In this document: piece after piece, positions 24,701 to 36,700 of the stretch
How positions within the stretch are numbered: the first letter of the stretch is position 1
Layout of the letters: each line of letters starts with the position of its first letter
Assembly (NCBI RefSeq): GCF_964194155.1
Contig: NC_135890.1
Coordinates: forward strand, 97,278,001 to 97,342,000
Length of the DNA stretch: 64,000 bases
Reading direction: 5' to 3'
From: Cetorhinus maximus
Taxonomy: Eukaryota
Notes under the pieces: generated by a model
Told to the model about the DNA's origin: nothing
Seen by the model: only the letters and a program-made list of their open reading frames with translations
The model's database searches: none
Made by a program: the position numbers and the translations under genes

Positions 24701-27700
24701 ATTTTTTAAATTAGATTGGCCCACCAAAATCAGCATCCAGAAATAGAAATGAGCTTCATTTTCAACATAGAGTTGAGAAAAGATCTGCTTCCTATGTTTC
24801 TCCCCCCTCAGGTCCAATGACTCAACTTAACTGAACCACTGTTGTCTCCTATGTCATTATACAGGAACGTGGTTTCTGGATTGATGTGTAACTGTCTGTT
24901 ACACCATTTCATGTTTGTGTTCTTTTCCCCCTCAAGAACTAAATAAGAATCCAGTGGATGGATTTTCTGCTGGACTAATAGATGATGATGACATATACAG
25001 ATGGGAGGTAGTCATCATTGGCCCGCCAGATACTCTTTTGTAAGTACTTAAAGCTAACAATTGTTGGTGCTAAGAGAAACTGCTGTTAACCACCTATGTT
25101 TTTTTTTCAGAATAATGACAAGAGGTGATGAGGATGTGTGAAATGCAAAAGTTGTATTTAAATATAATATTAACGTCTTTCATACTTTTCTTACTAGAAT
25201 TTTGGAAGTAACACCTGTGAAGGTCAATATAATTACAAACATTGCTCTGCTAAGGGACTATTAGAGGTTTGACAGTAAATTAAAATGCACAATGTTGAGG
25301 GTGCTAATCTGTGAATAACTATCCCAGTGATGTGCTTATTGGCATTGGGATAATCAGAGCAGCAAAGTAAATGCATGATCAGAAAAACAGTGTGAGAGGG
25401 ATGAGTTCCATTTCATGGGATATTGACATCAATACTGGGATGCAAAGGAGCTGTGTGACTGGGATGAGTTGCACCTGAAGTGTGCTATGATCAAGGCATG
25501 GCAGAAAGGATAAATAGTATCAATAAATGGAAGGCAGAGAATCAGAGGGCCCCATTTGAAATAATAGTAACCTAACAATAAGGAGCAAAAGTCAGTACAA
25601 AAAGTAACAAAAAAGATAACACAAAATTCCAGGAAAAGAGAAAGTTACAGTAAGTAATAACAAAATAGCTGTTAAATGTAAACCAAGAGGGATGAAAGTA
25701 ATATATGCATAGCAATGTACAGAGCAATAGTAACAAAAAGTGTGACAAGAATAAGTGTGAGAAATACACAGATTGGGTTGAGAACATGTATGAGCACGTA
25801 TGTATGTATGAGTTCTATACACAAATTCACATAGCATAAGAAATAAAACAAATGAGTTAGAAGCACAAATTCAGCTTAATGGGTGTGAAATCCCCATTAT
25901 AGAGATCTGGCTATTGTTGGGCATGACTGGGGGCTAAATATTCCAGGCTACAGGATCTCTAGAAGGGACAGGGAATTTGAGAAAGAAAGAACAATAACCA
26001 TTTTGGTAAAAGTCACAATTACAGCCGCTAAAAGAGAGGATTTCAGTAAGGGTATTCATGCAGTGGAAGCATTATGGGTAGAACTATGGAACAGCAAAGG
26101 ATGTAAGACTTTGGCAGGAATTGTGCACAGACCTCCTGACAGTTGTGATATAGTGAGAGGATGTACAAATATGGAGATTGGGGAAGCATGTAGAAAAAAC
26201 AAGGTGGAGGTTTCAGTTTTTCAATTTTTGGAAGAAGTAAAATGAACAAATTTCTAGAGTGTATTCTGGATAGTTTTCTGGAACAATGCCTTTTAGAACT
26301 AATAAGGAAGCAGCCCTTTATTAGATTTAGTGATAGGTAACAAACCAAAATTAGCTGGCAACCTGATGGTAAGGGAACATCTTAAGAATAGTGACCATAA
26401 TATGGTTGCATTTATTATTATTAGGTTTGAGAGGGAGAATCCTAAACCAAGATTTTAAACTGAAGTAAGTCAGAGTTTGAAGGGATAATAAACAAAGTGA
26501 CCACAGTGAACTGTTAATGGGTAAACCTACAAACAAGCAAGAGAAGTATTCAAAGTATTTTTTACAATGCACAACTTGTGCATACTTCTAAAATGTAAAG
26601 GCTCCACTTTTGCAGTTAAGCAACCATGATTAACAAATGACATATGAGACAGTATCAAGTTAAAAGAAAATGTTCACAATGTGATGGAAAATGGAAATCC
26701 AGCATACTGGGAGATCTATTAGAAGCAACAGAGGAATGCAATATAGGTAATGAAATATAAAATAAAAATACCTGTGAAGGATATTAAAGCTAGCAATAAA
26801 AGAGTTCCTGAATATATTAAGAGAAAGAGTGCTAAAGCAGTGGTGAGACCACACCTGGAGTACTGTGTATAGTATTGGTCTCCTTATTTAAGGAAGGATG
26901 TAAATGTATTGGACGCAGTTCAGAGAAGGTTTACTAGACTAATACCTGGAATGGGTGGGTTGTCTTATGAGGAAAGGTTAGACAGGCTAGGCTTGTATCT
27001 GCTGGAGTTTAGAATAGCAAGAGGTGACTCGATTGAAATATATAGGATCCTGAGGGATCTTGACAAGGTGGATGTGGAGAGGATGTTTCTTCTTGTAGAA
27101 GAATCTAGAACCAGGGGTCACTGTTTAAAATTAAGGTGTTGCCCAATTGAGACAGATTTGAGGAGAATTTTTTTCTCTGAGGGTCGTGAGTCTTTGGAAC
27201 GCTCTTCCTCAAAAGATGGTGAAAGCAGAGTCATTGAATATTTTTAAGGCAGAGTTAGATGGATTCTTGATAAGCAAGGGGGTGAAAGGTTATAGGGGAT
27301 AGGTGGGAATGTGGGGTTGAGGTTACAATCAGATCAGCCATGATCTTATGAAATGGTGGAGCAGCCTCAAGGAGCCAAGTGCCTACTCCTGCTCCTAATT
27401 CATAGGCTTGTATGTAAAGAGGAATGTGGTCCCATCAAATATAGATGCAGTTGAAACTAATGGACAATATGGAAATGGTAACCTTGTTAATTGAATTCTT
27501 TGTACCAGCAGTCACAGTAGAAATGGAGGGCAGAATGGCAGCAGTACAAGGGAATCTAAATATAAATCAAGCAATCTATTGTATTTAATAAAAGTTTTTA
27601 AAAAATTAAATGTAGAAAATAACGGGCCTTAAAATAGACAGTTCTCCAGAACCAAATAGTTTCCACCTCCAGGATATTAAAAGAAACAGTTGAAGAAACT

Positions 27701-30700
27701 GTAGATGTGTTTACTCATAATTTTCCACAGCTTTAACTTTGGAAATTATGCCTTTGGATTAGCCAATTGCAAATGTCACTCCAGTAACTAAGAATGGATG
27801 GAGGAAAAAACTAGGAAACTGTAGACCTATGAGTTTACCATCAGTTGTGGAGAAGTTACTGGAATCTGTCAGGAGTGACTAAGTAGTTAGACAGGAATGA
27901 GCTGATCAAAGAGAATCAGTGTGAATTTGTGAAGGCTAGATCGTGTCTGACTAATCATTGTGGCCTAATCATAAAATTAGAGCTACATTATTCTGGAGTG
28001 AAACCAGAAAGCACTATCACACAAAGAACAATGGAAATCTGGAACTTTCCACCAAAAGGCCATGGATGTTGGATGAATTAAAATTTTCAATATGAATATC
28101 AATAGTTTTATCTTTGTTGGATAAAGGTATCAAGGCTCTAAGCAGGTAAATGATTTGAGATACAGATCAGCCCTGAGCAAATCGTGGAGCAGGTTCAAGG
28201 GGCTGACTGGCCTTCTCCATCCCTATGTTCCTTGCAGATGTGTGCAAGCATTACTAAAAAAACAAGCACAATAACTTGCATAGTGCCTTTACAATGGTAA
28301 AGGAGAGAGACACTTGGAGTTGTATATTTAGAAAGTGTAGAATTGAGCAGTATGGTTAATCCCCCAGGCACCGAGAACAGGCCAGATTTTTTTCAGAAGG
28401 AAAAATACATGGGAAATAGTACTGATCTATTACTATAAAATCACTTGAAACAAGGGTGAATTGAATTAACTTGATAAAGCAAGAAGTAATGGTGAAAAAA
28501 GGAGAGACGCTCTTGTTAACAGTACATATGTTTTACTTAGCCTACATAACCGTGTCTACCTTTCTAAACTAATTATTTAGTTGTAAAGTGCTTTAGGACA
28601 TCCTGAGAATGTGAAAGGCACAATATGAATGCAAGATCTTCATCAGTAGAAATTATTTTAGCGTACTGCTAACCATAGCAGACTTTTAAGCGTTGTTTTT
28701 GATTTTTTAAAAATCTGTAGATTGGCAAGATTTTAGTTTTGTAGGTATACTTCTAGTATTCTCTTCTCCTTCCCCTGCTTCTGCAAAGAAGGTATTTAAG
28801 CAGTAATGATTAAGGAAAAAATGATTGAATGACAAAGCAAAATGACCGTTAGAAGGGGTTTCAAAGTTCCTCCTTTAATAGAATGGTTTAGTACATTCAG
28901 ATACTAGATGCTGCCTTTGCTCAAATTGGGTAGGTTCTGATACAAATAATTCCTTTAAATGTGTTGATGGATTTTCTATCTCCCACTATTGACCTTAAAA
29001 CATGCCTGTGTACCTATAAATAATTGATAACCAGGTGCGAAGTAGCTCTTCTACGTAATAAAGGGTTTCAAGTGATTGTATAAACCATGAGTACAGAGCT
29101 TTGGTATTTTATTGAAACAATCTAAACACACATGTTTAGGTTGAAGCTTTACACTCCGATGTTGGTATCTGTTGATAGGTAAAATGTAGCCATGAGGAAT
29201 TTCTTGGTTAACAATGACAATTATTCTTGCTGCTCAGGATATTCTGTATTTGGTGCCTTTTATTGTTTTTCTTTTACTGCAAAGTTCACTGGAAAATAAA
29301 CTTGCACTAGGTTACAAGGACAATGTTTACATCTAAAAGCCATATGTTTTAAACTCTTTGCCTGGTGAGGCAGATTATTATGATTTTTTTTATGGATATT
29401 TTCTTTCATGGATATGGCCATCACTGGCAAGGCAAGTGTTCATTGCCCATCCCTAATTGCCCTTGAGAAGGTGGTGGTGAGCAATCTTCTTGGACTGCTA
29501 CAGTCCATGTGGTGTAGGTAGTGCTGTTAGGGAGGGTGCATGCACCTGCTGCACTTGACCTAGGTGGTAGAGGTTGCAGATGTGGAAGGTGCTGTTGAAG
29601 GAGCCTTGGTGAGTTGCTGTACTGCATCTTGTAGATGGTACATACTGCTGCCACTGTGTTTTGATGGTGGAGGGAACGAATGCTTAAGGTAGTGGATGCA
29701 GTGCCAATCTAGCATCCACAAGATGATGTTGCGTTTCTTAAGTGTTGTTGGAGCTGCACTCATCCAGGCAAGTATTCCATCACAATCCATGACTTGTGCC
29801 TTGTAGATGGTGGACAGGCTTTGGGGAGTCAGGAGGTGAGTTACTCACTGCAGGATTCCTAGCTTCTGACCTGCTCTTGTAGCCACAGGTATTTATATGG
29901 CTATAATAATATATAATAATATATATAATAATTATATAATTATAATTATATAATAATTATATAATATAAACTGTTGAAGGGTCATGAGGACTCGAAATGT
30001 CAACTCTTTTGTTCTCCACCGATGCTGCCAGACCTGCTGAGTTTTTCCAGGTAATTCTGTTTTTATTTATATGGCTAGTCCAGTTCAGTTTCTGGTCAAT
30101 GGTAACCCCCAGGATGTTGATAGCGGGGGATTCAGTGATGTAATGCCATTGAATGTCAAGGGCGAGGGTTAGATTCTCTCTTGTTGGAGATGGTTATTGC
30201 CTGGCACGTATGTGGCATGAATGTTACCTGCCACTTGTGAGCCCAAGCCTAGATATTGTCCAGGTTTTGCTGCAGTTGGACATGTGTTGCTTCAGTATCT
30301 GAGGAGATGTGAGTGGTGCTGAACATTGTGCAATCATCAGCGAACATCCCCACGTCTGACCTTACAATGGAAGGAAGGTCATTGATGAAGCAGCTAAAGA
30401 GGATTGGGCCTAGGACTCAAGCCTGAGGAACTCCTGTAAGCGATGTCCTGGAACTGAGATGATTGACCTCCAACAACCACAACCATCTTCCTTTGTGCTA
30501 GGTATGACTCCAACCAGCTGAGAGTTCTCCCCCTGATTCCCATTGATTCCAGTTTTGCTAGGCTCCTTGATGCCACACTCTGTCAAATGCTGCCTTGATG
30601 TCAAGGGCAGTCACTCTCACCTCACCTCGAGTTCAGCTTTTTTGTCCATGTTTGAACCAAGGCTGTAATGAGGTCAGGAGCTGAGTGGCCCAGGTGGAAC

Positions 30701-33700
30701 CTAAACTGAGCGTCAGTGAGCAGGTTATTGCTAAGCAAGTGCCGCTTGATGACACTTTTGATATCCCCATCCATCACTGATGATCAGGAGTAGACTGATG
30801 GGGTGGTAATTGGCCGGGTTGGATTTGTCCTGTTTTAGTTCTAGTTGACGTCTTCAGTACTATTGTCAGAATATTGTCAGGGCTCATTGCATTTGCAGTA
30901 TCCAGTGCCTTCAGCCGTTTCTTGATATCACATGGAGTGAATCGAATTGGCTGAAGACTGGTATCTGTGATGCTGGGGACCTCACGAGGAGGCCAAGATG
31001 GATTATCCACATGGCACTCCTGGCTAAAGATTGTTGCAAATTGGACTTACCCAGGGATGGTGATGGTGGTGTCTAGGACATTGTCTGTAAGGTATGATTC
31101 CATGAGTATGACTATGTCAGGCTGTTGCTTGACTAGCCTCTGAGACAGCTCTCCCAATTTTGGCACAAGCCCGCAGATGTTAGTAAGGAGGACTTTGCAG
31201 GGTCGACAGGGCTGAGTTTGCCATTGTCATTTCCGGTGCCTAGATCAATGCCAGGTGGTCTGTCCGGTTTCATTCCCTATAGACTTGTTTTTAGCAGTTT
31301 GATATGACTGAGTGATTTGCTTGGCTATTTTGGAGGCCATTTAAGAGTCAACCACATTGCTGTGGGTCTGGAGTCACGTGTAGGCCAGACCAGGTAAAGA
31401 TGGCAGATTTCCTTCCCTAAAGAACATTAGTGAACCATATTTGGACCAAAGCTGTTATGAGGTCAAGAGCTGAGTTACCCTGGCAGAATGAAAACTGATC
31501 AGTGAGCAGGTTATTGTTGAGTAAATGCCGCTTGATAGCACTGTCGACAACCCCTTCCATCCCTTTGCTGATGATCAAGAGTAGATGTGGTGGTAATCGG
31601 CTGGTTGAATTTGTCCTGCTTTTTGTGGACAGAACATACCTGGACAATTTTCCATATTGCTGGATAGATGCCAGTGTTTTAGCTGCACTGGAACAGCTTG
31701 GTTAGGAGTGCAGCTAGTTCTGGAGCACAAATCTTCAGCACTATTGCCGGAATGTTGTCAGGGCCCATGGTCTTTGCAGTATTCAATGCCTTCAGCTGTT
31801 TCTTAATATCAGATGGAATGAATCGAATTGACTGAAGAGTAGCATCTGTGATGAGGGAACCTCAGAAGGAGCTCGAGATGGATCATCCACTCAGCACTTC
31901 TGGCTGAAGATGGTTGCAAATGCTTTAGTCTGGTCTTTTGCATTGATGTGCTGGGTTGCCCCATCATTGCAGGTGGGGATATTTGTGGTGCCTTCTCCTC
32001 TCGTACTTTGTATAATTGTCCATCTCCATTCACAACAGGATGTGGCAGGACTGCTGGGCTTAGATGAGACCCATTGGTTGTGGGATGACTTAGCTCTGTC
32101 TATTGCTTGCTGCTTCCATTTTTTGGCATGCAAGTAGTCCTGTATTGTAGCTTCACCAGGTTGACACCTCATTTTAGGTATGCCTGGTGCTGCTCCTGGC
32201 ATGTCCTCCTGCACTCATCATTGAATCAGGGTTGATCCCCTGACTTGATGGTAATGGTAGAGTCAGGGGGGATATGCCAGGCCATGAAATTACAGGCTGT
32301 GGTTGAATACAATTTAGCTGCTGCTGATGACCCACAGCACCTCATGGATGCCCATTTTTGCATTGTTAGATCTATCCCATTTAGCAAGATGGTAGAACAT
32401 AGGAGCAGGAGTAGGCCATTCAGTCCCAATGAGCCTGCTCTGCCATTCAATTATATCATGGCTGATCATCTACCTCCATGCCACTTACCTGCACTACCTC
32501 CATTCTCTTGATGTCATTTGTATCCAGAAATGTTTCGATTTCTGTCTTGAACATGCCCAATGATTGAGCTTCCCCAGCCCTCTGTGGTAGAGAATTCCAA
32601 AGATTCACCACTCTGAAGAAATTCCTCCTCATTTCAGTCTTGAATGGCCTGCCACTAATTCTGAGACTGTGTCCTCTAGTTTTAGACTCACCAGCCAGGG
32701 AAAACATCCTATTAGCATCTACCCTATCATGTCCCAAAAAATTTTCTAAGTTTCCATGAGACCACCCCTCATTCTTTAAAATTCTAGAGCAGGCTTGTCC
32801 AACCTGTGGCCCATGGGCGGGTTTGTGGCCCACGTAGCCACTCTACATGGCCACCGGAGCGATTGTTCAAAATGCTGGTAAGATAGGTCAGTGAGGTTGA
32901 AGTTTTCTTCAGAGGGCTGCTCCTCCAATCACAGGCGATTCCTCCCTCGTATTTGCTACTGATAGGCTCAGTGGCGAACACTGGCAACTATGAGTATGTG
33001 GAGACAGAGAAACACACTGGGGTGCATGGGGCCTCTGCTCCCCATGCTTTTCCCCTGGTCTTACCACCTTTCCCTGGTTCTTGCTGCGAGTGAGGGCGAG
33101 TGAGGGGGTGGGTAGGTGAGGGCGAGTGAGGGGGTGTCTGAGTGAGGGGGTGTCTGGGTGAGGGCGAGTGACGGGGTGTCTGGGTGAGGGCAAGTGAGGG
33201 GATGGGTGGGTGGGTGGGAGGGTGAGTGAGTGAATGAGTGGGTGGGTGATTTACGCACAGACAATGTCCCTGAACAATGCAATAGGTGGATTTTCAACTA
33301 AGATTGATTGTTAGAGCAATATGTCTTTGCAAAGCTGGAGCATTGAACACCCATCCATATGGATTACTAATATCATTTTTAATGTAAATATCTAATCCAG
33401 ATACCTGACTGATCTGTTATTACCCATCTAAATATAGACTGACCGGTCATATAATATTGATTTTGTGTGCACATAGGGGCTGTGTGTGCATGAGTGAGAG
33501 GGGTGAGTGCGTACATGTGTGTGTGCGCGTAGACATGAGAGGGACAAGTGTGTGCGTGCGGGTTTGTGCGCACGAGTGAGGGGGCGAGTGTGTGTGCGCG
33601 CGAGTGAGGGGGCGAGTGTGTGCGCGCGCGAGTGAGGGGGCGAGAGTGCGCGCGCGCGCGCGAGTGAGGGGGCGAGAGTGCGCGCGCGCGCGAGTGAGGG

Positions 33701-36700
33701 GGCGAGTGTGCGCGCGCGCGCGCGAGTGAGGGGGCGAGTGTGCGTTTGTGGGCGAGAGCTTGTGTGAGGTGAGTGAGAGGGCCGATTGTGTGGGCGAGAG
33801 GGGCGAGTGTGCGTGCGTGTGAGCGAGAGGAGCGAGTGTGTATGAGAGTTGGAGACGCGGGGACATGAAGGGATGTGAGAGTGGTGTGAGGGAGGCGAGA
33901 GTATGTGCCTGGTCACTTCCAGTCTCGGGGATCTCATTCACCCTCACCCCTACGCAGTCTCGCCCACTTTCACGGTGGGTGAGGGTAAGTGAATGAGCAC
34001 CCTGAGACTGGGAGTGAACTCGGCACACACGCTCTCATCCAATCACATTCTAATGGTCATCATTAGTTATTACCCGTTTTTTAAAACTATCAATTTATTG
34101 TTTTGACATATCATTTGTTCAGCAAGTTGTTTCTTTTCATGAGTCAGCTTATTTTTTCAAATTCCTGTTTAATGTTGTGCCAAACCTTATCTTTCCGAAA
34201 TTTGCTCATCGGCCCCATGAGTGTGGGAAAATTGAAATGTGGCCCCCAACGCGAAATGGTTGGACAAGCCTGCCCTAGAGAATACAGGCCCAGTTTCCAC
34301 AATGTCTCCTCTTAAGACAATCCCGCCATCCCAGGGATTAGTCTGGTGAACCTCCGTTGCACTTCCTCAATGGCAAGTATATCCTTCCTTAGATAATGAG
34401 ACTAAAACTGTACATGTATTCCTGGTGTGCTCTCACCAAGACTCTATACGATTGCAGCAAGACATCTTTAGACCCGTACTCAAATCTCCTTGCAATGAAG
34501 GCCAACATATCATTTGTTTCCCTAATTGCTTGCTGCACCTGCATGCGAGTTTTAGTGACTCATGAACAAGGACAGCCAGGTCCCTTTGGGCACCAACACT
34601 TCCCAACTTCTCATCATTTTAGAAATACTCTGTCTTTTTGTTTTTTTTTCTACCAAAGTGAACAATTTCACACTTCTTCACATTATATTCCGTCTGCCAT
34701 GTGCTCGCCCATTCACTTAACCTGACCAAGTCCTCTTGGAGCTTCCTTGCATCTTCCTCAAAACTTACATTTCCACCTAGCTTTGTCATCAGAAAATTTG
34801 GAAACATCACAATTGGTCCCCATTTCTAAATCATTTATATAGATTATGTGCAGCTGTGGACGTAGCACCTGATCCTTGTGGTACCCCACTAGTCACAGCC
34901 TGGCAACCTGAGAATGACCTGTTCATTCCTACTCTATTTTCTGTCTGTTAACCAATTCTCAATACATACCAGTATATTACCCCCAATCCCATGTGCTTTA
35001 ATCTTGTTTACTGACCTGTGCAGAACCTTATCAAAAGCCTTCTGAAAATCCAAATACACCACATCCACTGGTTCCCCTTTCCTATTGTTCCTCAAAAAAC
35101 TCAAGCAGGTTTATTAAACATGATTTCTCTTTCATAAATCCATGTTGACTCTGCCAATCATATCATTATTTTCCCAGTATATGGTTATCACATCCTTTAT
35201 ATTAGATTCTAACATTTTCCCTACTACTGTTATCAAACTAAGAGGTCTGCAGTTCTCCATTTTCTCTCTCTCTCCATTCTTAAATAATGGGGATACATTT
35301 GCTACTTTCCAGTCTGCAGGAACCTTTCCAGAATCTATAGAATTTTGAAAGATAACCACAATGCATCCATTATCTCTATAGACACCTCCTTCAACACTGG
35401 GATGTAGATTCATCAGGTCGAGAGGATTTATCAACCTTCAATCCAATTTTTTTTTCTAGTACTAACTCTTTATTAATACTAATTTCTTTCTGTTCCTTAT
35501 TTCCACAAGCCCCTAGTATTGCTGGGAGGTTTTCTGCATCTTCCTCCATGAAGACAGACACAAAGTAATTATTTCTCTGCCATTTCCCTATTCTCCATTA
35601 TAAATTCTCCCATCTCCATCTGTAATGGACCCACATTTGTCCTTGTTAATCTTTTTTTCACTGACCTTTTACAGTCCGCCATTATGTTTCTTGCTAGCTT
35701 GCATTCATAGTTTCTTGGTCCTCCTTTGCTGGATTCTAAATTGCTCTCAATCCTCGGATTTACCACTTCTTCTGGCAACCTTATAAGCTCTTCCGTTGAT
35801 CTAATGCAATCTTTGACTTCTTTTGTCAGTCACAGTTGATTCCTCTAAGACACAAAAATCCAACAGGAAAGGTGAATGTATATTTGTTGTAGACCATATA
35901 ATACTTTATAAATACCAGCCATGCCTGTCTAACGTCAATTCTTTAGTGTATTTACCGAATCCACTATCGCCAACTTGCCCCTCACACTTTCAAAGTTTTC
36001 TTTGTTCAAATTTAAGACCCTGGTTTCAGAATGAACTATTAATACTTTCAAACTTGATGTAAAATTCTATCATGTTACAATCACTATTTCCCAAAGGCTC
36101 CTTTACAGCAATGTTATTAATTAGCCCTTTCCCATTACGCAAACTAAATCTAAACAGCCCAAACCCTAGTTGGTTCTTCAACATACTGCTCCAGAAACCC
36201 ATCTTGTACACTGTAAAGAAATTCATCCTTCACAGCAATAGTGCCATACAATACGATGGAGGGTATCTTCAATGTGAAGACACAAGGACTGTGCGGTGGT
36301 TACTCCTATCATTATAAGTACAATCGTCTGCAACAGGTAGATTGGTGAGGACGAGGTCAAGTAGGTCTTTCCCTCTTGTTGGTTCCCTCACCACCTGTCA
36401 CAGACCTGGTCTAGCAGCCAAGTCCTTTAAAACTCGGTGCTACTGAGCCACTATTGGTGATGAACATTGAAGTCTCCCACCTAGAATACTTTCTGTGCCC
36501 TTGCCACCCTCAGTGCTTGTTCCAGTTGGTGTTCAATATGGAGGAGTACTGATTCATCAGCTGAGGGGGGTGGCGGCAAGTGGTTATCAGCAGGTTTCCT
36601 TGCCCATGTTGACCTGATGCCACATGACTTGGAGTCAATTTTGAGGAGTCTCAGGGCATCTCCCTCCCCACTGTATATCACTGTGCCGCCACTTCTAGTG

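Noticed and set aside
33379-34028. His/Arg/Thr-rich ORFs
   Set aside because: They come from low-complexity repeats inside the hAT MITE and have no transposase motifs.
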